64,000 bases of DNA from Saccostrea cucullata (Eukaryota). The stretch covers positions 186,001-250,000 of the forward strand of contig NW_026936003.1 in NCBI RefSeq assembly GCF_032062105.1. The letters run 5' to 3'. This document shows, piece after piece, positions 1 through 13,351 of this stretch. The translations under genes and the position numbers were made by a program. A model generated the notes under the pieces. That model saw only the letters and a program-made list of their open reading frames with translations. It did not search any database and had not been told where the DNA came from. Position 1 is the stretch's first letter; every line of letters begins with the position of its first letter.

Positions 1-671
1 GGTAATGCAGGGGTCTTAATAAATCGATGTAAGGCAAGGACATACACTTAATAAACCATCGTAAGCTTTTACAATTCAACTCTAGAGGTATTAAGGTATC
101 TCAAAAGTGCTGCAATCCTGATGAAATCTTGAACATAATTTAATTATAACAATATTTCAAGCCTTTGACCAGCAAAAAATATAGCATTCTGTCATTCAAA
201 TATTGAAATTACAATTTTAACAATAAAATTGCAGAATTTAGATAGGATTTCAGCACTTTTCAGAAACTACAATGCGTGTTGATAATATTTATAAACTAAA
301 CTTGGAATTTTAACTTGGTTATGCCCTTGCACTGGTGACATTTATAGGTAACCTCAACCCTGCAAGTAAATGTGCTAAAATCACGTGACTGCCGCATCAC
401 GTGACAAGTCTAAATACAAAATCCAATGGTCCTCAATAAGTAGTTATTAACCATAATAACACTTATCCGATATAATTAATGTGCTAAAAATAATCGCCAT
501 CCCGATTATGAATGCATTTTTAAATACAAAATATTGTCGATTTTTCCATTGCACCTTGTGGAAAAGAGAATGAAAGGATACGTGTACATAATTTGGCGTA
601 TTCAAAATGTAGCGTAATCACTGGGTATGAAGTTGTTGGCGTAATCTTAAATTAGCTCTGCATGAATACAA

Positions 672-803
672 NNNNNNNNNNNNNNNNNNNNNNNNNNNNN
701 NNNNNNNNNNNNNNNNNNNNNNNNNNNNNNNNNNNNNNNNNNNNNNNNNNNNNNNNNNNNNNNNNNNNNNNNNNNNNNNNNNNNNNNNNNNNNNNNNNNN
801 NNN
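672..803. other. Assembly gap (132 N)
   Basis: Run of n characters. Confidence 0.99.
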
Positions 804-1119
804 TTCATGAATTCGAGCATTGTTGTCTGTGCAAAAGCCGCTAAAATATGAAGCCCGCTACACATACAGTACATTGTCTACGAAATACGATAATCCGCCT
901 TTCACGAATTTTAAGATATGTACAGGAGATAATAGATTTCTATTTTACATTTTCTCAATACTTGTATTAATATTATGTATATATTAGAATGCGCAAGTAC
1001 GTACATGTGCATGTATTTCGTACATTTTGCACCTTTATGTGCACTTTTTTAAATAAGATCGAACATGTTCTAATGTTTACTTACCTGAAGCGAAAGGTAT
1101 TAAGTTTAGACATTATATA

Positions 1120-1986
1120 TACTCACCCTCAATAGAAACGCAACACTCTAATTTTAGAGTTAAAATTATATACGGGATATAACTATGTCATAAAAAAGTT
1201 AGGACATCTTCAACTTTGCCAAATCAGTTATTTAACGGTTGAATGATTTTCATACCATAACCGGAAGTTGATTTTTAGCCCTCTTAACAGAAATCAAAAA
1301 TTAGCATTTTTAAATAAAATTATTGATAATTTTTTGGTTTTTAAGGTTTTGTATCTGTTAATCAAAAGTATTGTACTAAAATCCCGGAAAAATATCCTTT
1401 TTTCTTATCTGGATGTGATGCCTGTATTTCCTCAAAATGACGGAAAGCACGCATTTCGATTGCTAATGCTGGAAATTCTCAAAATAAAGAAAAAGGAGAG
1501 CTACAGATGCAAATATACACTACATAACGACTTTTCGGGGTCATGTGTTTCAAAAGCATGAATGGCACTTCTTTGACTAAAAGTCTAACGGTTACTATAC
1601 ACTACACATGTACGCCAAGTTAGAGAAAATTCGACCTCAGTATCTGAAAACAGATATTTAAAAATGCAAAAAACATTTATTTAACTCAGATAAAGACATA
1701 AATAAACCTAGTGCGTGGTAGAAATCTGACTGTGTATGGTGTACATCGCAGACTGGCACGTTTTAATTAAATAGTCGGAAGGGGGGATGTTTTAAAAGTT
1801 ATCTGTTAACAAAGAGGGCTAAAAATCAACTTCCGGTAATGGAATGAAAATCATTTAACCGTTAAATAACTAATTTGGCAAAGTAAAAGATGACCTTACT
1901 TTTTTGCTACATGTACATAGTCATATCCCGTATATACTTTTCACCTAGGTAAAATTAGAGCGTTGCGTTTCTATTGACGGTGAGTA
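1120..1986. mobile_element. Non-autonomous TIR element (Tc1/mariner-like MITE), ~170-190-bp TIRs
   Basis: 1120-1290 (tactcaccctcaatagaaacgcaac...ccggaagttgatttttagccctc) is the reverse complement of ~1800-1986 (gagggctaaaaatcaacttccgg...gttgcgtttctattgacggtgagta). TA flanks both ends. No ORF. Confidence 0.8.
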
Positions 1987-2603
1987 TATGAACAAATATC
2001 TAAGGAATAAAGTGTTTATCTTGCATTAATATTACAACAAATACATACCATAATCATTACGATTCATTTTACCAATGTACTTTAGATATTTGTTTTTTTT
2101 ATTATTATGATAGAATCAAATGACAGCTTTCTTTCATAATGTATCTGAATTATTTCAAATTGCGAACTTCCGTGTGAATGCACCGGAATTCCATCCTCAC
2201 AAAGAAGTGCAATTTTCTAATCGATTTGAACTTTTGTCATTCAAGAATTTACATGCTTTGCTCTAGGTGACTTTTGCCCACACTGGGGTAAATAGATATA
2301 TTTATTAAAATATCGTCTTTGGTTTTCTTATTTTCTTTATCAAGAATCAAAACTCACATACTAACTTTTTAGGTTCGATTTTGTTTTGCGAGAGAAAAAT
2401 ACCACATATAAACTTAACGTGGTTTTAATTTGAGAAATATAACTGCTCCTTGAGCGCCCATACTGAGCATTAGACTAAATTTTCATCCACAAACGGCATA
2501 TGGGGGCATTTTAAGTCCAGCACAACTTGTTTCATCAGCATAAACTTAAAAAGAAGTAAAATATATGGTTGAAAATACGTTTATATCACTGAATATACTT
2601 AAG

Positions 2604-2777
2604 AAGTAAACAACAATGTTAAAAAGTTTTCTGGGAAATAAACTTAGACGGTCACGTGATCGGCTGTGGTGATCAAATCCTGTGAAGCCGGAAGGGTTGC
2701 TCAGTAGATTTGAACACGTAGGCCTACCAACTAAGTTCATTTTCCAGAGAACTTTTTAACACTGTTGTTTATTACTT
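2604..2777. repeat. Internal inverted repeat, probable MITE core
   Basis: aagtaaacaacaatgttaaaaagttttctgggaaataaacttag (2604-2647) pairs with ctaagttcattttccagagaactttttaacactgttgtttattactt (2731-2777). Confidence 0.6.
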
Positions 2778-3530
2778 ATATTTACATTTGAGACCGTCAA
2801 ACATTAATTACGAGTAAAACTGCATTTTTTACTAGAATGCGCTGCTGTATTACTATTTTGTGACGTGCAATGACCTAGAAGTTGTTTGTTCTTGAAAGTT
2901 CACCTCCCTCTAACATTTGAATGTGTACATACATGTTTAACAGTCCAATTCAGGAAATATCTGTTTATAGTGAAAGAACAATGAGCGCTGTCGAGAATTA
3001 TCTTACTTATTCATGGGTTCTTAATATATGTGAAGTCAAAAGCGGTGATATTTTTTATTTTAGTTTACATAACTCCAAAGTTTTAAGGAATTTCGGGTTT
3101 AAAAATGTAAGACATGTGCAGTAAATCTTTTTTCGATGTGAATAAAGTTTTGAATACTAAATACCTAAATCATCATAAATTTAGATGATTTATAATGTGC
3201 CATAAGTCATAAAAGAGTTATGACTTCTTATCAAGACTGCACAAGTCTTGATTAAAAAGCATCCATATTTTTTAATACTTTTAACTTTTTTATTGTTATT
3301 AACTAAGAAATATTCCAAAAACAAGTTGCACGGAGACAGAAATATGCACACAAAATATTATAGATCTCGCTTTGTGATTCGGTTGCGCTATGACCTCTGA
3401 TCCCCAAATAAAGTTCATACAGAATTGAACATATTTTTTTCTTCAATAGGTGCACCTAAGAAAGATATTTGCCAATGTAAATATACATGTACGTACATGT
3501 ACAGAAATATATGTACATGAACGATATAGA

Positions 3531-3695
3531 TATAACGAACAGTATTCAAGATCAAATGTCCATAAAACAATGCAAAATAGGAACAGGGAAAACACGGACC
3601 TCCAAAACATCATAGATGGAATCAGGTGCCAAAGAGGAGTGAGAACCCCCTGCCGACCGGTCAAACCCGCCGTGTGCTCCTTGTCATGATCGGGA
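3531..3695 (-). repeat. Common bivalve interspersed repeat (possibly a Penelope-like element end); related degenerate copies at ~48500-48590, ~56260-56330 and ~63575-63680
   Basis: Shared motif ggaatcaggtgcc..gaggagt.ag.a.cccctg.cgaccggtca.acccgccgtg across the four sites. The family assignment is from memory. Confidence 0.45.
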
Positions 3696-3838
3696 ATTTA
3701 CGGAAAAATCCGTCGTCAAAATGTCTATTGTTTAAATAATGCACTAACAATTACAAGTCGTATGAAAAACGCAAGTGATGCATCTTACCTGTGTATGCAA
3801 AGGGTCAGAATACATCTTCTCTTCATTAGTTGTGCAAG

Positions 3839-5448
3839 TAAAGAGCAAGATATGATAAGTGTCTCAAATGGCCCCTTAAAAGGAGTATCTTAATTTTACT
3901 TTATATTAATTTGTACAGCTATAGTGTATACATGCGACCTTTATTGGTCATTTTCAATTTGATCAAAATGCCGTTATTTTAGAAATATGACATCATAAAG
4001 TTCACGTTTTGCCGCCATTTTAGCATATTTCTTTCAGAAAATATAGAGCGCAGCCTCGAACAAACTTTGTATTTTCACCAAAAATGTATCTATCCAATAC
4101 TAATTAGTGACAGAAAAACTATGTATGTTCTACACTGCGCTCTATGTTTCCCATAAGAAAAAAACATTAAGAAAAAGGCATATTTGGGGGGGGGGGGGTT
4201 AGATAGCAATAATAGCATTACTCTTCATTTTATCTACAGCCAGTGAGTGCATATAAATGAGAAAAATATATTTGAAATACTTCTAATATAATCTCTTCTA
4301 CAAAATAAATATCAATTAAACATATCTGAATATAATTCTAAAATGTTGATTTTAGGGGCCAAAATTGGCTCTTATCATATATACGAGGGCTGTTTGGAAA
4401 TTATGGAGACATTTACCTTAACTCTATAAAGAGTTGAGATAAATTCAGGAAAATTCGTCAACATTTAACAAAGAAAGAATAAAACAAATATGCAAAATTT
4501 CTAATTTATAGGATAATTAGATAAGTTCTGGTAATATTATAAACATGCATATGTCTATCGACCTGGAGCAGCATCGCTACGTCATTTTAACGTCATGTCA
4601 GCATGAAATGTTTTCGCATGTGAAACGATCGGGAAACGTTTACTTTTTTTCTTTATCATATATAACATTAGAAAAATCGAACTTTCTCTTTTTTCTTTTT
4701 TCTTAAATGATTCTTTTAAAAATGTGTGCTGTTACTTTACCAGTGTAAAATCTTCATTTGTCATGTATACAGGATGAATTTGCATCATGAAGTGCCGATT
4801 TACGCAACGCAGGTCAACGTTATCGATTCCGTTAGGTCAAAATTGATGGTCGTCCGAAGCTTTTGATTTTACTCTGGTTGAATAATTGGTCAGAAAAAAT
4901 ATAAACCAATAAAATAGTAACCCTTTAACGTGTTTTGCAATCTTGTTGTTATTGTTTTATCAGGTTGTTCAGTCTGGAAAAGAGTTTTAAATAGCGCTAC
5001 ACAAAATTTTCAGTCCCTCGCTGCTCCGCCTTGACGTCAAATTGCATTTTTTGTCGTTATCAGAATTTTTTACTACGCTTAATTTTTTAAATGATCTCCA
5101 TATTTCTAATCAGAATTTTAACAAACTTAGATTACATGCAGTAAAAAAAAATTGAAAAATTATAAACATAAATTGAATTATTATCGCCTTTATTATGGGT
5201 CCACCAGGGGTTTGAACGTTGTTGTTACATATTTTTAATATCTGATTTTGTGACTGCTCCGGGTTCCCTTACCATGGACACATTTATAGACCATTGAAGA
5301 CAAGAAATTTAATATTTGTAAAATATTGTTTTTAAGAATTTTTAGTTTTTGTCAAACATATATGCGAATTTTCACCGAAAGACGTTCATTAGAAAGAAAA
5401 ATATACACAATGTCTCAATAATTTCCGAACAGCCCTCGTATTCCTTTA
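3839..5448. mobile_element. Degenerate TIR element whose right TIR is interrupted by a mariner-like MITE
   Basis: Left end taaagagcaagatatgataagtgtctcaaatggccccttaaaa; right end ttttaggggccaaaattggctcttatcatata [insert] ttccttta. Confidence 0.55.
4384..5438. mobile_element. Non-autonomous Tc1/mariner element with TA target-site duplication
   Basis: TA|cgagggctgtttggaaattatggagaca ... tgtctcaataatttccgaacagccctcg|TA, 28-bp TIR with 2 mismatches. No transposase ORF. Confidence 0.85.
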
Positions 5449-8400
5449 TTCTGACTTAATTTTTTTTTATTCATGCATTTTTATTTGCTTTGAAGGTTAT
5501 TTACATGTAGGGTTACATTTGATTCTTAAATTCCCAAAAATATAGTACCTTTAAGGGACTTTAATTTGTCACTTGTTATGACCACCATTTGCTGTTTGTT
5601 CCATTTTATTTTTCCCGACAAGATAATTCTTGACTGATATATATTTTCCGGTAGCATTGTATATTTCAATCTTGTGTGTACTTTTTCTATTGTTTCTTTA
5701 CCTCTGGAACTGACAACCTACCAATATCATATGCAATTATTCCCAGAAAACATTCAAATTTCATGCGTTGTATATCTTTGTTTTGACTAACAATATATTA
5801 CTTTAAAGAGAGTATACCTATGTATATCATAATAACCATCATATTAAGCTCTGTATAATGTGGCGATGAATCGTTATATTTGATTATAATTGTGATTTAT
5901 TGCCTTTCACTACAAACACTAACTATCTAACTGTTAGGACGTGTAATTTACTTAGACATCCGTTCTTCGGCACTTTTTCCAGTTTTATGAGATTCGTTAA
6001 TTGTTTATGCCAGCATGCCTCTTGTTAAACTAGCATTTTTTTCTTTCATCATTTTTTCCATATTTGGCTCCGTATAATAATTAACCCTAGTTGCCCATGT
6101 GTCTGTAAAAATTTTCCTTTAATGTCCTTCAAGTCATGTGAATTTCATTTTACCGCACTTTTTCGATAGAAAACATGCTATTAATTGCTATAAAAATGAT
6201 ATTAACATTTTTTTTATCACAAAAAGATCATTAAAAGAGGATTGGAATTGAAAAAAAGCCCACTAATGAATATTGTAAAGAGGGACCCTCAAGAATTTGA
6301 CTATCTTTGAGGTCACATAGTGTTGTCTTCGAGAGAATTGTTTCATTTAAAGCACTTTTTTAAGTTGTCGAAAGTGATATTGCAAAACTTAAATATAAAA
6401 GAAAAAAAACTGTCTAATAAATTTAGTGTTTTTGCTTTGTCTAGAATCTTGTGATTAAACTAAAATATGGAAAACATGTCTGCAGCATTTTTATTATTTG
6501 CTAATAGATTTAGTGTTTTTGCTATAATGTTTTTTGACACCTTTCACTTTTTTACATGTGAGCATAAATTCTCTGCCCTTTGCTGTTTTGTCAAGTGTAT
6601 CTCATTGTAAAATTGAAAGCTAAATGCAGTTTCATTATCTGTTTGAATATCAGACAAACGTGGCTAACTACTTTTTTTTAGCTTTTTAATTTTTTTTTTT
6701 AGATATTCTTACATACATTTGTGTGTAGTATTAAACTTTTTTACCAAATGAACAATTCAAAGAATACAAGCCATGTGTGTATCTATAAATTAAACTGAAG
6801 TGTCCTGAGTGCAAATTCAAAATTCATAATTCGAGGATTTATATTTTACACTACACATATAAAACAACAGAATTTGTGTGAGCCTATATAGACTCCTGTC
6901 CTGAAGTGTTGCAAATTCAAAATTCATAATTGTTTTCAACTTTATGCAATTGGTTTTCATTTAAAAAAAATATTACGATATTAATTTTTTAGTACGAAAA
7001 ATCTCCAAATCGTCAGATTTGGTTTCAAAACAATTTCTAATTATTTGACATCTTTAAAGGAATTTTATACAATCGCAATTTAATTCAATAATCAAAATTT
7101 CTAACCCTTCAATTCTACTTTTTGTAATATCTGAATAAAAAAATTGTGTAATGCTGTAGATTTCAAGATTTAGTGGATGAAATTTATCTACTTTAAAGAT
7201 GAAACCTCGACAAGAACTTTGCTACAGAAACGCGGAATGTGAACTCAAGAAAATTGTTTTTTGAAGTTTTTTATTGCAATGTTTTGTACATTCCTTAATT
7301 CAAGTAAAAGATAAATTACACAGACTGGTAATTGATATCAATTGAACTTTTGCATGAATGAACTACGGATAAATGATACAAAAGAAATGAAATAATTATG
7401 AAAACACGGACTTGTTCATACTGAGTTCATCATTTAATAATAATGAATAACGCAGATCCATTCATTCTGTTTTTGTGAGGGTTTTTTTCTCAAAACTTTT
7501 TATTTATACAAATCATGTTGTTCGTGCGAAGTATTATCCGAAAAAATTTGATTGCGTCAATGAGTTCTTAAGATTTTCTGTTCACTGTAACGTAGACAAA
7601 ATTACACTTGACTTTTACACCTATATTTGTTTCTAAGTTGTTTACCTAAATTCTTAACTTTATGCTCATCAGAATGTCAGAAAGTTTTGTACTATAGGAT
7701 GTGAAGGTCAAAAGAATTCAGTTAAGTTTATGAGCAGAATTCTATATTATACCTTTATTTAAGTTTGGTACCAATTCTCTCGATGTTACTATATAGGATA
7801 TCAGCACCAGAGTATACTCTTCGCATTTGTTACTCTTGATTGTTTTATTGTCACGGGTATCGGTGTGGAATGGCGACCCGCGTGTTCGTGCTGGTTTTCT
7901 TATATTATCTCTGCTTTCATTTATTGCAGTTAAATGTGAATATGTGTAAATGTGTAATGTGTAAATGTGTAAATATTTGTTTTAAACTTTGTTTGTATAC
8001 TGGACTGAGCTGTGCAACTATTTTAAGTTCCTTTAATTCGGTATTTCACTTTCCTGCATATGAAGTATAGTTATTTTTGTCACTACCGAGTGCTGTATAG
8101 CATACGACTGTCTACCACGGTGACGACTGATTACACAAAGAGTGATTTATCATTAGTATGTCACCTGCTTTATATAGGACTTCTCAGATATAGCGGGAAT
8201 CTGATCAAAAATAGCAGACACATTCCTTTGAGGAATTGTGATTGTGTTCAGTTTTAAGAAACGAATTACGATGTATGATTGTTTTAATAACAAATTATTT
8301 GAAAGTATTTCTATGCATAGTGTTAAATTTAAACTAACGTCCTGACGATCAAATAAATTTTATGATCTTTGATCTTGAAGTATAATTCATGACAAATGAA

Positions 8401-10580
8401 GACGATTGATAATAATTATTAACACAATACAAATCTAGCATTCGATCTATCCACTGAATGTTTTTTTTAACAAAATACATGTATTGAGCTGTGGTGCAGT
8501 TTATTTCAAAATATGTGGGAATCAAAATATCAGCAAAAGAATAATATGAATTAATAGAGCATATAAAGCAATGCTTTATCAGCTGGAACTTGTATGAATT
8601 TATTAAATTCTTTAAGCATTTTTTTATTTTCTAAAGGCAGAGAAACATAAGAAAAGCATTCAAATATTCAAATGTTGTTAAAGAAAAGTTTTTGACCAAA
8701 TATTATAGCTTTTATCGCCAGTTATTTAAAATTTTTGACTTTAACTTCCTTCAACACTGTTTAAAGAATACATATACTCTTTAATTTGTTCTGGTGTACA
8801 GATAATGTCCTTAATATCTATCTAAGCATTCTAATGAACAAATGCCTCCTCATTGTAAACTGGGTTTGAGGCACTGGCCAAGACGAACTTTAACCAGATA
8901 AAAAAAAATGAACAACCTTAAAGACTTTTAAGCCATTTATGAAATATTGAATGTCTTTCAGCTGAAACTGCAGATATGTAGCTCAATGATATATTCTTAT
9001 TAATTATCGTTTTGTATTAAAATAGATTTATTGACTTATTGTATGGTACAATAAAAAGAGGTCATTTATCCAAAAGAGCAATGGCAATGAAAACACATTT
9101 ATTGTATCATATATAAATGACGAAAAATCTGTGCATAGAGCCATAAAAAATGTTGGATAATTATTTTTTTAATAATAACCATGACAAAGATTTCATGTAT
9201 TTATGATCTCATCTTAAAAGCACCTGACTTTCACCTCTATCGACAATTGTCAAGACAGAAGAATAATAAACGACTTCCTATCTATGAATGATTTTGTATA
9301 AGGCCGGAGTCTAACTCACGATACATGTATTGCTTTGATGGAATAAACTCTGTGACTTTCTTAGGAATGCATGCAATATAAAGTAATTTATCACGTTTCC
9401 GTCATAAAATAACATATGTGGTGATCAATAAGATTGCACTTGGCAGTATCAGTTGTGACTATTCATTTTGGGATAGTTTTGTTGCCATTTTTAATATTGG
9501 TTTTGTCATAAAGACACTATCTTAACGCACATATAGTGTTAAGTGGAATATAATTGCTGATTATTTTCAAATCACCTTGAAGAGCTCGTTATAAAAAAAA
9601 AACTTTATGCTTGCTATTTGTATCAAGATTTATAAATATTTTTTTGGTTGATTTTTTTTAAATACCATGCAGTGTACTAAGAGAAATTTGTCAATAGTAG
9701 CGGTCATATAGGCTTTCATTAAAATATTGAACAGCTATTTGCCATTGATGCTACATGTTTATGATAGGAGGGAAATAAGAGAAAGATAAACCGTATTTAT
9801 GCTGTTTGGCAATCTCCCCGAAAATATAACAGTAACAAAAAGTAAAGGAATAAGAATGGTCATTTATTCAAACAAGTGCAATAAATGACAAACAGTAAAA
9901 ATACATACAATCAAATTAAAAGGACTAGGGACAAAAATATTATGCTATGAAACCGCAAGGTCGGTGCACGATTCTGACTAGAAAAAGAAACAAAAAATAC
10001 TATTGACAACAATTAAGCACCTGTGTTAAAACTAAAAAACGTCCCTGACTCTCAATTGTAAAAATTGTTAATCCAAAAAACATCTATCTAAAAAATGTCA
10101 GCATATATACATGTACAACAAAAAGACAATATGGGGCGTCATCTGCCACCGTAACAAGGTAGCATTGTAATACCGGCGCAAGAAGAAAAAGAAGCTCATG
10201 CTGGCTTGTTACCGCCCCCATTCAACAACATCATCATAGACAAAACAAAAATTAAATGTCACACCATTTTCTTGCTGACAATTACTATAAGGATCAAATG
10301 AAAGTGTAACACAAAATCAAAATACGTGAAAGGACAATACTTTAGAAGTTAAGGTTTTACTTGAGCCCCTGTCTCAAGAAAAACTACTAACATTAACCAT
10401 ACTTAGAGCCCCTGGGCCCGTTTCACAAAGCCTACTTAGGACTAAGTTATATCTTAGGAAAGAACTTTTTCCTAAGTTCATTACTTATCCGTTTCACTAA
10501 CCTCGTCTTATCTTAGGATATTCCTAAGTTATGTCGTAACTTTAGGAAAGGTAAATCGATGTCTTAAGATCAAACTAAAT

Positions 10581-11612
10581 ATGGCGGCTGCTTATGTTAC
10601 TATAAACCATAGGAATCTCTTTCGACGAGAAAGAATATTTCGCGACAGAAATGATCCAATGGATTATATGGACGATGATGAGATTATCTCAAAGTTTAGA
10701 CTTCCTCGCCATTTGATTCAGAGTATATGTGGGGAGATCGGTAACGATATCAGGAGGCCTACAAGAAGATCACACTCACTTCCACCATCCCTCCAAGTCA
10801 TGGTTGCTTTGCGGTTTTTCGCCACAGGGAGTTTTCAAACAGTTACTGCTGACTTGCATGGTATAAGTAAAGCAAGCATATCAAGAATTGTTAGGGATGT
10901 GTCTGAATCCCTAGTAAAAATCAGTCCAAGATATATAAAAATGCCCACTGATGATACTGCAATTACTAATACTATGTTCAATTTCTCAAGAATAAGTGGC
11001 TTTCCGAATGTCATTGGTGCAATAGACGGAACACATATTGGAATTAAGTCTCCAAATTTTGAAGAAAATGTCTTCGTGAACAGGAAAAATTATCATTCAA
11101 TTAACACCATGGCTGTGTGTGATGCCAATTTAAAATTTCTAAATGTAGTAGCAAAATGGCCAGGGTCATCACATGACTCATTTGTTTGGAACAATTCTAC
11201 ACTCTGTCAAATTTTAGAAAATAAGATAATATCAAGAGGGTGGCTATTAGGTGACAGTGGTTATCCCCTTAAACCATATTTACTCACACCTGTTCTAAAC
11301 CCAACCACCGGTAAAGAAAATGCCTACAATACGGCTCATATGAGAACAAGAAACGTCATTGAAAGATGCTTTGGTGTATGGAAAATGCGATTTCGTTGTG
11401 TGGACACATCAGGTGGTACACTTCAATTCTCACCTAAAAGAACCTGCAATATTATAGTTGCAACTGCAGTTCTACATAATATATGCATTGACAATAGAGT
11501 CCCAAACCCAGTTGGAAGAGCCGTTGTTAATGACGGAAATGACAATGTGTATCGTGGGACATTGAACGACGGATCAGAAGTTAGAAGACGATTGATTGAT
11601 GCTAGGTTTTAA
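10581..11612 (+). CDS. Harbinger DDE transposase (HARBI1-like, DDE_Tnp_4), 343 aa, intact
   Basis: ALRFFATGSFQ..DLHGISKASISR HTH; catalytic motifs GAIDGTHI, WPGSSHDS, LLGDSGY, RNVIERCFGVWKMRF; VLHNIC. Confidence 0.95.
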   Translation: MAAAYVTINHRNLFRRERIFRDRNDPMDYMDDDEIISKFRLPRHLIQSICGEIGNDIRRPTRRSHSLPPSLQVMVALRFFATGSFQTVTADLHGISKASISRIVRDVSESLVKISPRYIKMPTDDTAITNTMFNFSRISGFPNVIGAIDGTHIGIKSPNFEENVFVNRKNYHSINTMAVCDANLKFLNVVAKWPGSSHDSFVWNNSTLCQILENKIISRGWLLGDSGYPLKPYLLTPVLNPTTGKENAYNTAHMRTRNVIERCFGVWKMRFRCVDTSGGTLQFSPKRTCNIIVATAVLHNICIDNRVPNPVGRAVVNDGNDNVYRGTLNDGSEVRRRLIDARF

Positions 11613-11717
11613 ATAACAATATCTTATATTCTTATATGTACATCAACTCATATAGAGTAACCTGTGACAAGTATTGTGTGCAAAGTAAATAAGAATAAAT
11701 AGATATAAAGTAAATAT

Positions 11718-13351
11718 TTATTGTTGAGAAGAAATAGTGGCATTGGAAATAATGCCCAGCTGGCAGAGTTTTATGCTGTGTTTTTCCTGCTCTAGCTGTA
11801 GTCGTGTCCTTTCTATAGTTAGCCTTTGTTCCTCGACATTTAGTCTTTTAATTTCCACATCAAGTCTCTTCTTTTCTATATCCAGTCGCTCCTTTTCAAT
11901 ATCAATCAAGTCCAGCGAATGTGATTTAATATCTATCTTACGTTTCTTTGCTGTTGATAAATGAACAGAAATTATATATATTTATATGCATATACATGTA
12001 AATCCTCACAAGTGAGTACATGCACAATGAAATGACGTTAAAATATAATTTTAAATTTAAAAAAAAATAGCTTTTATTTAAAAATAAAATAAAAATGATA
12101 ATACTAATCAATAATGTAATAACATTCTATAGCATACTGTATATGTAATTATTTTTTTATAATACCCCTTCCCTCCTTACAGAATAGAAGACGAATACAT
12201 ATTTACCGCTCACTGTAGAAGTCTGTCTGTTTGAAGATGTAGATGAATCTATAGAATCCGTTGATCCATCAAGTGACTGGTCGGTCGCTGGGGTGATCAG
12301 TGTCCCCTTTCCTGTCATACCATTAGACTCCTTAGACTCCTCTAGAAATTATATTAACCACACATTTATACCAAGTTTATGAATAAATTACATGTATATT
12401 TAAACGATATATCTGATTATTCTATTGACTGCTTGTATACTTATAAAAAAAATAGGTACACTTCATAGGCGTGGGAACCGGGGGGGGGGGGGGGGCTAGG
12501 GGGGGGGGGGGGGGGGGCTTAGTCCCCCACTTTTTTCCAAATATATACTTAGTATAGACATTAAACATATCTTCGTAAGCTTAGCCCCCCCCCACTTTCC
12601 ACAGATACGTCTTAGTATAGGTTAAAAATGGGGAAAGTGGTGGTGTTTGTTAGAAAATTGTTGGTACTGGAGTTCGAACCTTATCCCCCCCCCCTTTTCC
12701 CTTTTTTTTTTTTTTATATTTTTTTGGGTGGGGAGCCATTCAGTTTCAGTTGGGGCCACTATTAATTACCAAAAATTCCTTTGTTAAGCAAAAAAGAAAA
12801 AAAAAAAAACAGTCATCAGATTTTTTGTAAGGGACACAAACATATAGTAGCTTTGTTTTATACTGCCAGTAGTTATCTATGTATCGGCAAAATTATTGGG
12901 GGTGGAGTGGGTGGCCATGATCTTATTAATTTAGAAGAAACCAACTTTATCCAGAATTACCTTCAAGAGTGTCAATGCCCCCATCAACTCCAGATAATGC
13001 AGTTTCTCCAATAATGGACTGTATTTTGTCCTCCATTGGGGTCACGCTGCAATCCGCTGGCAGTTGACCGCCACCAGTCCTCACTTGCTCGCGCTTTAAT
13101 TTTGAAATTTTTTTCTTTGTCTCACTACATAGAACACTCCATTTCTTTTTTAGTTCATCTGCTGTACGTAAATGAGAAGTATTTACAGCATTAACTTTCT
13201 CACAGATTAAGTCCCATTCTCCCTTTTTCGCCTGATTTGTCACAGATGAATTCTGTCTGGAGAATATCACGTTCTTCCTTTTCTCCACTTCTTCAGTCAA
13301 TATAGAAATTTCTGCAGTTGAAAAATTTGGGTTCCTCTTTGGTCGAGCCAT
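11718..13351 (-). CDS. Harbinger Myb/SANT-like DNA-binding protein (NAIF1-like), 3 exons: 13351-12961, 12341-12207, 11950-11718 (252 aa)
   Basis: N-terminus RNPNFSTAEISILTEEV...W..ICEKVNAV...RTADELKKKW...RTGGG. GT-AG phase-1 introns join the exons in frame (759 nt). C-terminal coiled coil (IEKERLDIEKKRL). Confidence 0.85.

Noticed and set aside
5450-10300. Protein-coding genes in the AT-rich 5.4-10.3 kb stretch
   Set aside because: Only short motif-less ORFs and probable decayed LINE/SINE 3' fragments that could not be delimited.
10581-13351. Domesticated host genes HARBI1/NAIF1
   Set aside because: Both ORFs lie between TIRs with a TSD, so this is a transposon.
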